Shown in pieces: positions 20,451 to 31,208 of a stretch of DNA of 64,000 bases. Position numbers and translations under genes: made by a program. The stretch's first letter is position 1. Each line of letters opens with the position of its first letter. Under the pieces are notes generated by a model. It worked only from the letters and a program-made list of their open reading frames with translations. It was not told the DNA's origin and made no database searches. The stretch spans positions 1 to 64,000 of the forward strand of contig CAXXHA010000030.1 of the NCBI GenBank assembly GCA_963662265.2, read 5' to 3'. The DNA comes from Spirochaetia bacterium (GTDB lineage Bacteria > Spirochaetota > Spirochaetia > CADAEX01).

Positions 20451-20618
20451 ATAAACCTCACTTATTAAATCCTATTAAATTGAATTGAATTGAATTAAAT
20501 TAATTATAGTACACATCAACGTTAATTTCCTTTTTTATGAAAAATTAATATAAATAGATAACATTTTTATTTCATCCGGCTGAAAAATCATTATAATTAA
20601 AACAGGGAGAGGAAACCC

Positions 20619-22193
20619 ATGCCTATTATTGAAAGAAAAACTCTTGACAGGGTGCAAAGCAGAGATTTCCTGTATCATGATGCGGGAAATATGATTAAAG
20701 CAGGTCAGAAAGCTGAAAACAATGCGGGAGCACTCGGAAAATTCAATGTTTCTGTAATTACAGTCGTCAATCCGACCAAAGAGGAAAAAGCACAGACACT
20801 GGACAGTAAAATTCCCCAGCTTATACAACATTTTATAGAGAATAAAGCTTCTGAAAACAACGAGGATTTAAAAGTCAGACTCCGGGAAACACTGTCCAGC
20901 ATGTATGTCCCATTCAGCGAAAAAGACCAGGCATTTAATGTTCCCGGAAAAAAGAAATACCTGTCGGAGAATGAACTCCTCACAAGAAAACTCGAATCAA
21001 TAAATTTTGAGCAGGTTGAAGCAGGCAGTTCCAGGCTTATAAGTAAATATAAACTTAAATTTGCAGTCGATATAATAAAGGAAATACAGGCAGGCTACCA
21101 CAAACTCAAGCCCCTCGAACCGGGACAGAAAGAGCAGAGAGGGACAATGAGGCGGTTTCATGCAAATTCAATAAGACTCAGCAGCTGGTATGAGGATAAC
21201 CGCTTCAGAACAATGGGTGACGCACTGATAAACCAGGCAATCGATACAGCTTTATTATACCTGCATGTATTTACAAATATAAACAAGAAAAGAATTCTTG
21301 AAGACAGGCCTATGTCTGACTCGAGGTTTGATCCTTCAAAAAGGAAATCAAAAGAAGGGATCTACCAGTACACTGAGGATTTTATAACAGAAGCCACCAT
21401 AGGAATTCTTCTCCACAACATCGGCTATTCTCATCAGAAGGTACACCAGATTATTTCGGGAAAACCGGTTCTGACTCCGGGTAAGGTTCTTGATGATGAA
21501 AAAATAAAATTCATACAGAGATCGCTCAATGTAGGAAAACATCTACTCGACAGAGAAGATATTTCTTCAATATCGAGACTGATATGCACAATGCAGAAAG
21601 AGTATCCGGACGGAACAGGTTTTCCATCCCCGAATGAAAACCGTTATCTCTATGAATTTTTAAGGCTGTTTCACATTATCCAGTTCTACGACAGCATGAC
21701 AAATCCGGTTCTCACACGTTACCCCTACAGCAGGATGGATGTTATTGACTATATGAAGCAGCATTCGGGAGAATACAAGTACTCTGGAGAATCATATACA
21801 CCTCAGCCGCTTTTTGATTCTGGTCTTTTAAAAGAATTCCTTTCCATACTTGCCCCTTATGAAAAAATGGAAAAAGTTTATCTATACGAAAAGGGTATGC
21901 ACAACCAGCATATTTTTGTAGGCAAGGTTGTATCCTACCCTAATTCGCATGATCCTCTTATTTCCATACTCAAGGATGAGAGAAAAGGGAAAGAATACAG
22001 GGATGGTTCTCTCTTCATGCATATACCATCCTCGTCAATGATGGTAATGAAAAACGGAAAGACTGAAAGGATAAAAATGCCGTGGATAAGCAAAATTGAA
22101 ATATTTGACAGGAAAGTTGATGCCGGTGAAATCAAAGATTACAAAGACCCGATTTTCGGGGAAGTGAGACCGCTTCACAAGAGGTATAAATAA
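20619..22193 (+). CDS. Hypothetical protein with degenerate HD-GYP-like domain
   Basis: ILLHNIG, QKEYPDGTGFP and FYDSMT resemble HDIG, HHE..DGSGYP and D.YDAMT. Confidence 0.6.
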   Translation: MPIIERKTLDRVQSRDFLYHDAGNMIKAGQKAENNAGALGKFNVSVITVVNPTKEEKAQTLDSKIPQLIQHFIENKASENNEDLKVRLRETLSSMYVPFSEKDQAFNVPGKKKYLSENELLTRKLESINFEQVEAGSSRLISKYKLKFAVDIIKEIQAGYHKLKPLEPGQKEQRGTMRRFHANSIRLSSWYEDNRFRTMGDALINQAIDTALLYLHVFTNINKKRILEDRPMSDSRFDPSKRKSKEGIYQYTEDFITEATIGILLHNIGYSHQKVHQIISGKPVLTPGKVLDDEKIKFIQRSLNVGKHLLDREDISSISRLICTMQKEYPDGTGFPSPNENRYLYEFLRLFHIIQFYDSMTNPVLTRYPYSRMDVIDYMKQHSGEYKYSGESYTPQPLFDSGLLKEFLSILAPYEKMEKVYLYEKGMHNQHIFVGKVVSYPNSHDPLISILKDERKGKEYRDGSLFMHIPSSSMMVMKNGKTERIKMPWISKIEIFDRKVDAGEIKDYKDPIFGEVRPLHKRYK

Positions 22194-22281
22194 TATTTAA
22201 GTCATATAACCTATACCCTTGTGAAACAATATTTTTGCATATTACTCAGTATCACATAAAAGCTTAATTATATAATACACC

Positions 22282-25200
22282 CTACAGAAGCCGCGTCAGC
22301 CGCTCCCTGATAAACACAGACTTTTCCTTGAGCCCGATATTCCCGGTTTCCATCTTGAGGATATTGGGCTTTGCAGGATCTAGTTTCACCTTGCCCTGCC
22401 CCTCCTGTATTATTCTCATTACCTTATCAACAGAGATTATTGAAACCTTTGCAAATGTTATCTCAATAACACCCCGCCTTTCCCTGAGTGATGCAATAAA
22501 AAGCTTCTTGCAGATTATCCTTATCTCTGCAAGGGAAAGAAGGCTCTCGACCTCATCAGGCAGCGGTCCGAACCTGTCTTCAAGGACAGCAGAAAGCCGG
22601 TTCAGTTCACCGTCAGTTGATATTGCGGCAATTCCCTTGTAGACTTCCATCTTTTCAAGCTGGTCAGAGATATAATTATCAGGGATGTATCCTGAGTATT
22701 CAAGCTCAAGGTAAACTTCGGGTGCTTCCTCTTCACGGGAATCCTTGTCAAGTTCCTTGACTGCCTCGTCAAGAAGTCTCAGGTACATGTCAAATCCGAC
22801 TGATGCAATCTCCCCGCTCTGCTGCTTGCCGAGAAGGTTTCCGGCACCCCGTACCTCCAGGTCTTTCATCGCAATCTTGAATCCTGACCCAAGTTCAGTG
22901 TTATCTGATATTATCTGAAGCCTCTTGAGGGCGATTTCAGAAAGAGCCCTGTTTTCCGGGTACAGAAGATATGCATATGCAAGCCTGTCAGATCTTCCCA
23001 CCCTGCCCCTTAGCTGGTAAAGCTGGGATATTCCGTACATGTCTGCACGGTCTATGATAATTGTATTGACATTCGGAATATCTATACCGTTTTCAACAAT
23101 TGTAGTTGATACAAGGACATGCGCCCCGTGATGAATAAACCTCTTCATTGTCTCTTCTATCTGGGAGGAACTCATTCTTCCGTGGGCTGTTTCAATCATA
23201 AGTTCCGGCATCAGTTTCTGCAGGAACAGTTTTATGTTATCAAGGCTTTCTATCCTGTTATGAAGGTAGAAAACCTGTCCCCCCCTTTCAACCTCTTTCC
23301 TGATTGCCCTGACAACAGCTTCTTCGCTGAACTCATGTACAAATGTTTCAATAGGGCGCCTGTTATAGGGAGGGGTCTTAAGAATAGACATATCCCTTAT
23401 CTTTAAGAGAGACATATGAAGAGTCCTTGGAATAGGAGTTGCAGATAATGCAAGGCTGTCGATTGAATGCTTTATCTCCTTCATTCTCTCCTTGTCCTTT
23501 ACTCCGAACCTCTGCTCCTCATCTATTATCATGAGGCCGGGGTTCTTCATAATTACATCTTTCTGTATCAGCCTGTGTGTTCCGACAGCAATATCGACAC
23601 TTCCCTCTTCAAGCCCTTTGAGTACTGCCTTCTGCTCCTTCTTGGAGACAAAACGGGACATCATCCTGATATTTATGGGAAAGTTTTCAAAACGCTCCTT
23701 CATGTTGTCATAGTGCTGCTCTGCCAGAATTGTTGTGGGTGCCAGAAATATTACCTGACGTCCCGCCGATGCTGCCTTGAATGCAGCGCGCATGGCAATT
23801 TCAGTTTTCCCGTAGCCTACATCACCGCAGATAAGCCTGTCCATCGGGCGGGGTGACTGCATATCTGATTTAACATCTTCAATACATTTGAGCTGGTCCT
23901 CTGTCTCCTGGTAGGGAAATGTTGCCTCGAATTCAATCTGCCAGTCTGAGTCCTTGGAAAAGGAGAAGCCCTGAGCTTTTCTCCTCTTCGAATAAAGCTT
24001 GATAAGCTTGTCAGCTATATCCTCAGCAGCCTTCCTTACCTTGTTCTTCCTGTTCTCCCACGATTTACCCCCTATCCTGTCAAGACGGGGAGAAGAGCCT
24101 TCGCTTCCGATATACCTCTGTACAAGGTTAACCTGCTCAATTGGAATGAATATAGTCTCTTCTTCCGCGTATTCAAGCTGTATATAATCCCTTTCAGTCC
24201 CCGCAGCTTTTATCCTGTCGATTCCGAGAAAACGCCCTATACCGTAGTTTATATGAACTACATGGTCACCGGGGTTGAGGTCTACAAATGAATCAATAAC
24301 CTGGCTGGTGCTTTTCTTTACAGATGAGGGGACCCTCTTTTTCCTTCCGAATATCTCATTTTCCTGGATTGCCATGATTTTAAGATCAGGAAGGACAAAA
24401 CCTGATGAGATAGATCCTGAAACAACATTTATGTCGAAATCCTTCAGAATGCTTTCAATTCTCACTTTCTGGGAATCTGATGAAGAGAAAAGATAAATTT
24501 TATAACCGGATTCGAGAAGCCTTGTGAATTCATCTTTTACAAACTGGAAATTCCCGAAAAACGATCTTCCCGGTTCATAGTTATACCTTATAAGGTTTGA
24601 TATATCAGAGTTTCCGAGTATTGGAAGTACAATCTTCCTTTCCTCACCGAAAAAAGCTTTTTCATAATCAGGAAGAAGCTCTTCAGGCGGTATTGGATTA
24701 AGCTTCCTTCCCCCCGCTCTCCTGTAGAGTTCTGTATATTCCTTTTCTATCGATTTCCTGCTGTTGTCAAGAAGCTCTGAATCAACATAGATTACTGTGA
24801 CATTTTCCCCTGAATAATCAGTAATGATATTTTTATCTTCGAAAGCAAACGGGAAAAAATATTCCTCACCTTTTGCAGTCTTAAACTCAACAAGCTGCTC
24901 TTTTTTCTCATCTGTTATCAGTGATTTTTCAGACAGCTTTTTTATAAGCTCATCATTCCATATTATTTCACGTGAAGGGACCAGAGATATCTCATCAGTT
25001 TTTCCTGTTGAACTCTGGGTAAAGGGGTCGAAATACTTGATTTCCTCAACCTCGTCAAAGCTGAAGACAACTCTTACAGCTTCATCCATTCCGTACATGA
25101 AAATATCAAGAACTTCCCCCCTCAGTGCAAATTCTCCGTGGACACTAACCCTCGGGACCCTGAGATAACCCGACTCCTGGAGCTTAACCTCAAGATTCTG

Positions 25201-25668
25201 AATATCTATTTCATGTCCTTTTCTGATGTTTATTATATAGCTCTTCAGAAATTCAGCCGGTGGAAGGTATGAGAGATAACCTTTCAGAGATGTTGTAATT
25301 ATGTGTTTTGTCCCTTTCTTCTTTCCAAGTATGCTGCATATTGCAGATATTCTGTCGCCAGATATCCTGGATGAAGGGGAATCCTCGCTGAAAGGAAGTG
25401 TTTCCCATGACGAAAACCTTATTACATCATCATCCATCAACCTGGTATCATTGAAAAAAAGCCCTGCTTCCTTTTCTGTTGGAAAAACAACTACAATATC
25501 ACCCTTTGTATAGTTTTTCAGATCGCAAATCACGGAAGAGAGGACAGATCCCCTGATATTTCCGACATATAGAGGAAATTTCTTATCGATAAACCTTTTT
25601 ATCAGCTCTTTATGGGACTGAGTTTTTTTAAGTGCTTTTATTAATTCATTTAAAAATAATGTTATCAT
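22282..25668 (-). CDS. mfd: Transcription-repair coupling factor
   Basis: CGDVGYGKTE, IDEEQRFG, SATPIPRT, QLRGRVGRS, TRCF C-terminus. Confidence 0.97.
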   Translation of the reverse strand: MITLFLNELIKALKKTQSHKELIKRFIDKKFPLYVGNIRGSVLSSVICDLKNYTKGDIVVVFPTEKEAGLFFNDTRLMDDDVIRFSSWETLPFSEDSPSSRISGDRISAICSILGKKKGTKHIITTSLKGYLSYLPPAEFLKSYIINIRKGHEIDIQNLEVKLQESGYLRVPRVSVHGEFALRGEVLDIFMYGMDEAVRVVFSFDEVEEIKYFDPFTQSSTGKTDEISLVPSREIIWNDELIKKLSEKSLITDEKKEQLVEFKTAKGEEYFFPFAFEDKNIITDYSGENVTVIYVDSELLDNSRKSIEKEYTELYRRAGGRKLNPIPPEELLPDYEKAFFGEERKIVLPILGNSDISNLIRYNYEPGRSFFGNFQFVKDEFTRLLESGYKIYLFSSSDSQKVRIESILKDFDINVVSGSISSGFVLPDLKIMAIQENEIFGRKKRVPSSVKKSTSQVIDSFVDLNPGDHVVHINYGIGRFLGIDRIKAAGTERDYIQLEYAEEETIFIPIEQVNLVQRYIGSEGSSPRLDRIGGKSWENRKNKVRKAAEDIADKLIKLYSKRRKAQGFSFSKDSDWQIEFEATFPYQETEDQLKCIEDVKSDMQSPRPMDRLICGDVGYGKTEIAMRAAFKAASAGRQVIFLAPTTILAEQHYDNMKERFENFPINIRMMSRFVSKKEQKAVLKGLEEGSVDIAVGTHRLIQKDVIMKNPGLMIIDEEQRFGVKDKERMKEIKHSIDSLALSATPIPRTLHMSLLKIRDMSILKTPPYNRRPIETFVHEFSEEAVVRAIRKEVERGGQVFYLHNRIESLDNIKLFLQKLMPELMIETAHGRMSSSQIEETMKRFIHHGAHVLVSTTIVENGIDIPNVNTIIIDRADMYGISQLYQLRGRVGRSDRLAYAYLLYPENRALSEIALKRLQIISDNTELGSGFKIAMKDLEVRGAGNLLGKQQSGEIASVGFDMYLRLLDEAVKELDKDSREEEAPEVYLELEYSGYIPDNYISDQLEKMEVYKGIAAISTDGELNRLSAVLEDRFGPLPDEVESLLSLAEIRIICKKLFIASLRERRGVIEITFAKVSIISVDKVMRIIQEGQGKVKLDPAKPNILKMETGNIGLKEKSVFIRERLTRLL

Positions 25669-25765
25669 TTTTTTTTCCGAAAATAATATAAGGAAACCCC
25701 GAAATATTTTATCAGGGTATATTCTGTAATAACAAAACTGTTACAGCAGTTTCCGGCACATATTT

Positions 25766-25792
25766 TCAATATTAAATATTATGTGCCGATTA
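25766..25792 (+). promoter_or_regulatory. Putative sigma28-type promoter
   Basis: TCAA-N15-GCCGATTA upstream of the operon containing the PilZ gene. Confidence 0.5.
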
Positions 25793-25842
25793 GAAGGATC
25801 CTGTATATAAACCTTGATCCCTATTTTACCAGGAGAATAAAA

Positions 25843-26799
25843 TTGAAAAAATTATCCATAGCAATATTTCTTTTATTCATAACAGCAGCTTATGCGTTTT
25901 CAGTTTCAGACGATATAACCTGTAAAATCCGTTATTACAATAAAAAAATATATTATACAGGCGATAATGTCACGCTGAGAGTGGAACTTTTTAACAATTC
26001 ACCTGAAAATTTTACATTTCAGGTATCTGAACCCAGACATTATAATATAAAACTTACTTTAAAAGACCTTACAGGAAGAGAACTGGAAGACCAGTATAAA
26101 TTCAGCAGGGAACTTAATTCAGTTCAGCATGTGTACTACAGGAACATGACAATACTGCCGGGTGAATTTTTCGCTTTCAACATATACCTTGAAGATATGG
26201 TTGATATAAAAGAAGCAGGACTGTATTTTCTTCAGCTTGATTTTTTCCCCGGAATGGGATTCTCAAAACAGCCGATAAAATCAAACATACTGGATCTCTC
26301 AATCAGGCCGGATATCGGAGTCTCACAATACCAGAGAGTTATAGATGAGAAAACAGGTGAAATACTCAAGAAAGAGAAAAAGGGACCTGATGCGGTTGTT
26401 GAATATATGCTGAAATCCCTTCAGAAAGCCGAGTATGAGAAGTACTTCCTTTATCTTGATCTTGAAAAACTGATGCTTAAATCTGAAAGCAGAAGGGAAA
26501 GATACTCACGGCTGTCTGAAACAGACAGATACAATATGGTTAAGGAATACAGAGAATCACTACTCAATCTCATGCAGACAGATTACAGGACTGCAAAAAG
26601 TGAAGATATAATATATGTACCGGTGAGTTACACAATCAACAAAACATGGTATACTCAGGACCACGGTGAAGTTCTTGTTACTGAAAAATTTAAATATGAA
26701 GATCTGACAGAAATTAAAGATTATACATACAAGCTCACTAAAATTGACGACATCTGGATGATAACTGACTATATTGTTATCAACAAAGGGACAGAATGA
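25843..26799 (+). CDS. Exported hypothetical protein
   Basis: AGGAG RBS + TTG start, signal peptide, long ORF coupled to the next gene. Confidence 0.8.
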   Translation: MKKLSIAIFLLFITAAYAFSVSDDITCKIRYYNKKIYYTGDNVTLRVELFNNSPENFTFQVSEPRHYNIKLTLKDLTGRELEDQYKFSRELNSVQHVYYRNMTILPGEFFAFNIYLEDMVDIKEAGLYFLQLDFFPGMGFSKQPIKSNILDLSIRPDIGVSQYQRVIDEKTGEILKKEKKGPDAVVEYMLKSLQKAEYEKYFLYLDLEKLMLKSESRRERYSRLSETDRYNMVKEYRESLLNLMQTDYRTAKSEDIIYVPVSYTINKTWYTQDHGEVLVTEKFKYEDLTEIKDYTYKLTKIDDIWMITDYIVINKGTE

Positions 26800-27521
26800 A
26801 AATACTTGTTGTAGCAGATAAAGAAAAGATAACAGCACCGATAAAAAAGCACCTTCCCCCGCTTGGATTTGATTTCATTTTCTATACAAATCCGGTCAAA
26901 GCTATGGACAACTTATACGAAATATCTCCCGAACTGGTAATTTTCAGCGCAGAGGATTATCCCAGGCACTGGAAACCATTTCTGAAAGTACTCAGGGAAT
27001 ATTTTTCCCATGACAAGTGTGTATTTATACTGCTTAAGACATCATATTTTACTCTTGAAGATGCCGAGAAATCAGCATTTCTGGGTGTCAACGGTCTTGT
27101 TGATGAAGATCTTGACGAATATTCCCTTATTGACAGGCTGAAAGGTATTTTTTCGAGATACATACTTCCCCAGGAAACCAGGAGATACAGAAGATATTTT
27201 GTTACAGAATATGACGATGTAAGCATTCTTTTCAACCATCCCGATACTCTTGAACTGATACCGGGTAAAGTTGTAGAAATATCATCAAAAGGCGCAACAA
27301 TTCTTATCCCGGAACAGTACAGCAATCAGTTCGGACAGGGAAGCAAGATTAAATACTGTTCACTGAAAATAGAAGATAAAATAATTACAGTTGACTGTAC
27401 TGTACTCAGGTCGGAGTTTTATACAACTATTATCTTTGATACCATTGATCCTGAGGAAATGAATCACATACAAACTTATTTTGAAAACAGGGTATACAGA
27501 GAATTAAAGAAAAATGGATAA
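26796..27521 (+). CDS. Receiver-like + PilZ domain protein
   Basis: MKILVV receiver-like N-terminus; RRYRR and EISSKG PilZ motifs. Confidence 0.75.
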   Translation: MKILVVADKEKITAPIKKHLPPLGFDFIFYTNPVKAMDNLYEISPELVIFSAEDYPRHWKPFLKVLREYFSHDKCVFILLKTSYFTLEDAEKSAFLGVNGLVDEDLDEYSLIDRLKGIFSRYILPQETRRYRRYFVTEYDDVSILFNHPDTLELIPGKVVEISSKGATILIPEQYSNQFGQGSKIKYCSLKIEDKIITVDCTVLRSEFYTTIIFDTIDPEEMNHIQTYFENRVYRELKKNG

Positions 27522-28554
27522 CGATAATTATATTCAAAATCCGAAACCTCTTTTCTTCAATGATTTATTTAATTCAAAAGACAAAGATGGGACAGATATT
27601 GACAATAAAATTATCCAGTGTACATTATGCCCTCACAGGTGTTTAATAAAAAACAACAAATTCGGCATATGCCTCATACGGGGCAACAGGGATGGGAAAC
27701 TTTCAATACCCTATTACGGAAAACTCTCAGCACTTGCCCTTGATCCAATTGAAAAAAAGCCGCTTTACCACTATTTCCCCGGAAGCAGAATACTTTCTGC
27801 CGGATTTTTCGGCTGCAACCTGAAATGTCCTTTCTGCCAGAATTCATCAATATCAACACATGCAGATATAAGCTATGAAACATATAGTCCTGCTGATGTT
27901 CTTTCGATTATAAAGAATAAAGGTGGAATAGGACTTGCCTATACCTATTCTGAACCTGCAGTTCACATAGAATGGGTTACAGAAACTTCAAAACTTCTGA
28001 GACAAAACAATTATAAAAATGTTATTGTCACAAACGGAATGATCAATGATGAACCTGCCGATTACATACTGGAAAACCTTGATGCGGCAAACATTGATTT
28101 AAAATCATTCAATTCCGATTTTTACAAATCTGAATTATTCGGTGACCTTGAAACTGTTAAGAATTTCATAAAAAAAGCATCTTCGAAAATTCATATGGAA
28201 ATCACAACCCTTGTTATTCCGGGAAAGAATGACTCTAAAGAGGAAATCCTTGAAATTGCATCATTCATAGCATCAATCAGCAAAAACATACCATATCACC
28301 TTTCATGTTACTTCCCGTCATACAAGTATATAATCCCCCCCACCCCGGCTTCAGAAGTATTTACACTGGCAAAAGAAGCGTCAAAAATACTCAACTTTGT
28401 TTATACAGGGAATACAGGTTATAAAGAATCAGATACAAACTGCCCTTCATGCGGTGAAGTTCTTATTAAGCGGACTGGATATTCAGCCTATGCAGTTAAC
28501 CTTAAAAACAACAAGTGCAGAAAATGCGGCTTTGACACAGAAATCATAATTTAA
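27514..28554 (+). CDS. amrS: AmmeMemoRadiSam system radical SAM enzyme
   Basis: CTLCPHRC, DPIEKKPLYH, GCNLKCPFCQN, YTYSEP, NIDLK. Confidence 0.9.
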   Translation: MDNDNYIQNPKPLFFNDLFNSKDKDGTDIDNKIIQCTLCPHRCLIKNNKFGICLIRGNRDGKLSIPYYGKLSALALDPIEKKPLYHYFPGSRILSAGFFGCNLKCPFCQNSSISTHADISYETYSPADVLSIIKNKGGIGLAYTYSEPAVHIEWVTETSKLLRQNNYKNVIVTNGMINDEPADYILENLDAANIDLKSFNSDFYKSELFGDLETVKNFIKKASSKIHMEITTLVIPGKNDSKEEILEIASFIASISKNIPYHLSCYFPSYKYIIPPTPASEVFTLAKEASKILNFVYTGNTGYKESDTNCPSCGEVLIKRTGYSAYAVNLKNNKCRKCGFDTEIII

Positions 28555-28720
28555 TTTTATATTATCCTGTTTTTACCAAATATTATTCTGTTTTTCACAC
28601 AAATAACATGTCGGACCCTGTTTTTTAATATATGATATTTCATTATTTTATGATTAAAAAACAAACTTCATAATCTGTTTTCAAATGCATGATTTTGATA
28701 AGGATTTTTTCAAAAACCTG

Positions 28721-28749
28721 TTGACACTTTTTTCTAATTTGGGTATTGT
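28721..28749 (+). promoter_or_regulatory. Sigma70 promoter of tRNA gene
   Basis: TTGACA-N17-TATTGT. Confidence 0.7.
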
Positions 28750-28766
28750 AACTCAACATTTGATGA

Positions 28767-28839
28767 TCCCCTGTAGCTCAGTTGGTAGAGCGGGTGACTG
28801 TTAATCACTAGGTCGGCAGTTCGAGTCTGTCCGGGGGAG
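28767..28839 (+). tRNA. tRNA-Asn(GTT), CCA not encoded
   Basis: Acceptor stem TCCCCTG/CGGGGGA, D arm TAGCTCAGTTGGTAGAGC, anticodon loop CTGTTAA, GTTCGAG T-loop. Confidence 0.97.
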
Positions 28840-28883
28840 CTTTTAATTTACATCATTGCTTAGCTTGAAAGATACTTTAACAA

Positions 28884-28941
28884 TCAGGCATCTTAGTTTT
28901 ACATTTGTTGATATCTGTTGATTCAGGCATCTTAGTTTTAC
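28884..28941. repeat. 19-bp direct repeat x2
   Basis: TCAGGCATCTTAGTTTTAC at 28884-28902 and 28923-28941. Confidence 0.85.
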
Positions 28942-28949
28942 TTGAAAAG

Positions 28950-28987
28950 GCTTCTGATAAACTTTGTTTTTCAGAAGCATTTTTTTT
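28950..28987 (+). terminator. Terminator of tRNA transcript
   Basis: GCTTCTGA...TCAGAAGC followed by a T-run. Confidence 0.7.
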
Positions 28988-29153
28988 GCCCTGATACTAA
29001 AGCAGGTATACCAAACAATTCCATAAATGTTAAAAGTTTTTTATCACAATAATTTTTTAAAAATGATTTCATAAAAAATGCGGATACAATCATTTTGAAA
29101 TAACCATATCCGCATTCTAATAAAATATTTAAGGTTTGTAATTTGATTACTGC

Positions 29154-30320
29154 CTACTTATACGACTTTTCAATAATTGAAACAGCATCATCTTTTGTCA
29201 TCTGCACCGGATCAAGGCTGAAAAGACCTCCCATGTTTTCAAAAGCATTTTCAGCATATTTTTCAGAATCTTCCTTTTTAATTCCATATTCAGACATTCT
29301 AAGATCTGCCACTCCGCATTTCTCCTGAAGCTCTTTTAATGCTGCAAGGAAATCTTCAGGTTTATCGGCATCCCTCTTTCCAAGAGCCCGTGCCATATCA
29401 ATATACCTATCAGGCACTTTACCGGAAAAATATTCATGATATGCAAGTGATATCATTATAAGTCCCGCTCCGTGCGGAAGATCATGGTGAAAAGCGCTTA
29501 ATGCATGCTCAAGAGAATGTTCAGATGTACAGCTGGATGTAGATTCAACAAATCCTGATATAGTATTTGCAAGCGCAATGTCAGCCCTGGCATCAGCATC
29601 AGATCCGTTATTAACAGCCCTTGCCAGAGATCTCCCTATAAGCTCTATACTCTTAAGCGCATAAATATCGCTAAACGGTGTTGAAATATTTGCTATATAC
29701 CCCTCTACAGCATGAAATAGTGCATCAAAGCCCTGGTAGGCAGTGAGTTTCGGAGGAACTGTCATCATAAGGTCTGGATCAACAATTGAAATAACAGGAA
29801 ATGTTTTTTCATAACCGAAACCTATTTTTTCGTTTGTTTCCTCCCTTGTAATAACTGTCCAGGGATCTGCCTCGGTTCCGGTACCGGCAGTTGTTGTAAT
29901 GGCAATCACAGGCAGAGGATCATTTTCAACAGGTTTCTGCTTACCCGATCCTCCTGCAATAAAATCCCAGTAATCACCTTCATTTGTTGCCATTACAGAA
30001 ATACTCTTGGCTGAATCAATACTGCTTCCCCCGCCCAGGCCTATGACAAAATCACACCCCTCTTTCCTTGCAAGCTCTGCGCCCTCCATAACATGCCGGT
30101 ATGCAGGATTTGGTTTAATCCTGTCAAAGAGAACATATTCACAGCTGTTTTTTTCAAGAAGTTTTTCAACCCTCTCAAGATATCCCTGGCGTTTCATGCT
30201 TCCGCCTGCTGATATGACAATAAGTGCTTTTTTTCCGGGCAGCTTTTCTGTTCCGATTTTCTCTATCTGTCCCCTGCCGAAAAATATTTTTGTAGGCATG
30301 AAATATGTGAAACTATTCAT
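29154..30320 (-). CDS. Iron-containing alcohol dehydrogenase
   Basis: GLGGGSSIDSAK, TTAGTGTE, DALFHAVE, HSLEH, PHG. Confidence 0.95.
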   Translation of the reverse strand: MNSFTYFMPTKIFFGRGQIEKIGTEKLPGKKALIVISAGGSMKRQGYLERVEKLLEKNSCEYVLFDRIKPNPAYRHVMEGAELARKEGCDFVIGLGGGSSIDSAKSISVMATNEGDYWDFIAGGSGKQKPVENDPLPVIAITTTAGTGTEADPWTVITREETNEKIGFGYEKTFPVISIVDPDLMMTVPPKLTAYQGFDALFHAVEGYIANISTPFSDIYALKSIELIGRSLARAVNNGSDADARADIALANTISGFVESTSSCTSEHSLEHALSAFHHDLPHGAGLIMISLAYHEYFSGKVPDRYIDMARALGKRDADKPEDFLAALKELQEKCGVADLRMSEYGIKKEDSEKYAENAFENMGGLFSLDPVQMTKDDAVSIIEKSYK

Positions 30321-30469
30321 TTTCAATCCTCTTTCTTATATATAAACTAAGATATATACAAATATCTTAAACTGAAACCGAATAGTCAAATTTTCAGACA
30401 CAAAAAAAGCAGATACTGATATATAATCAGCATCCGCTTATATAATTTCTTAATTCAGTTTATTACGAA

Positions 30470-31198
30470 TCATAGGTTCTCAATCAGGAGAACTTCAAGA
30501 GATGTATCATCCCCGGGCGCAACAGTAAAAGGCTGGTTTGAAATTTTCACACCGCTTTTTTCCCATATTGTAGTAGAAGCCAATAGAGCAGGATTGCCTC
30601 CTGTTTCTGTATATTCCCAGTCATTGAAGTAATACCACCCTTTTTCAACACCTGATATACCTGGATGCCCACCTGTGTAATAATCAGGATCATAATATTT
30701 CATTTCCATGTATACATCAGATTCCGCATCCTGCATATCATCTATCGATGTTATCTCCTGGTTAAACACAAGCACATAGAGAAAATAATCCTTGTCAGCA
30801 GGAATACCCGGCACTGCAAATTCCCCTGTGTTCCCCCCGCTGTAATCCATTTTAAACTGGTAGAAAAACCTACCTCCGTCAAAACGGACAGCACCTTTGG
30901 TAAGCATGTCTTCCATTATTTCATCAGCTTCATCTTCATATTTTTCACTTAAAGCATAATTCATCTGATCATCAAAGTAGTCTCCCCTGTCATAAAGTCT
31001 CAGCATGTCTTTTAGAGGCTCCTCAAATGCGGCATCAACAACAACACAAACAACCCATACTGAATCACCTGCAGCTTTTGCAGGAAGGGTTGCATTCAGT
31101 GAAAGCGTTCCTGAATCTGGAGAAATCATCTGGTAGCAGCTGCTTAAAACAAGCACAGCTGCACTGAAAAATAATATTCTTAATAATTTTCTATACAT
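30470..31198 (-). CDS. Hypothetical lipoprotein
   Basis: Lipobox VLSSC. Confidence 0.8.
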   Translation of the reverse strand: MYRKLLRILFFSAAVLVLSSCYQMISPDSGTLSLNATLPAKAAGDSVWVVCVVVDAAFEEPLKDMLRLYDRGDYFDDQMNYALSEKYEDEADEIMEDMLTKGAVRFDGGRFFYQFKMDYSGGNTGEFAVPGIPADKDYFLYVLVFNQEITSIDDMQDAESDVYMEMKYYDPDYYTGGHPGISGVEKGWYYFNDWEYTETGGNPALLASTTIWEKSGVKISNQPFTVAPGDDTSLEVLLIENL

Positions 31199-31208
31199 AA
31201 CAAACCCC

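Noticed and set aside
20475-20505. (TTGAA)n short tandem repeat upstream of the MCP as a phase-variation tract
   Set aside because: Only about 3 perfect units in AT-rich DNA; insufficient evidence.
28884-28941. Mini CRISPR array
   Set aside because: Only two 19-bp non-palindromic repeats with a 20-bp spacer, and no cas genes in the window.
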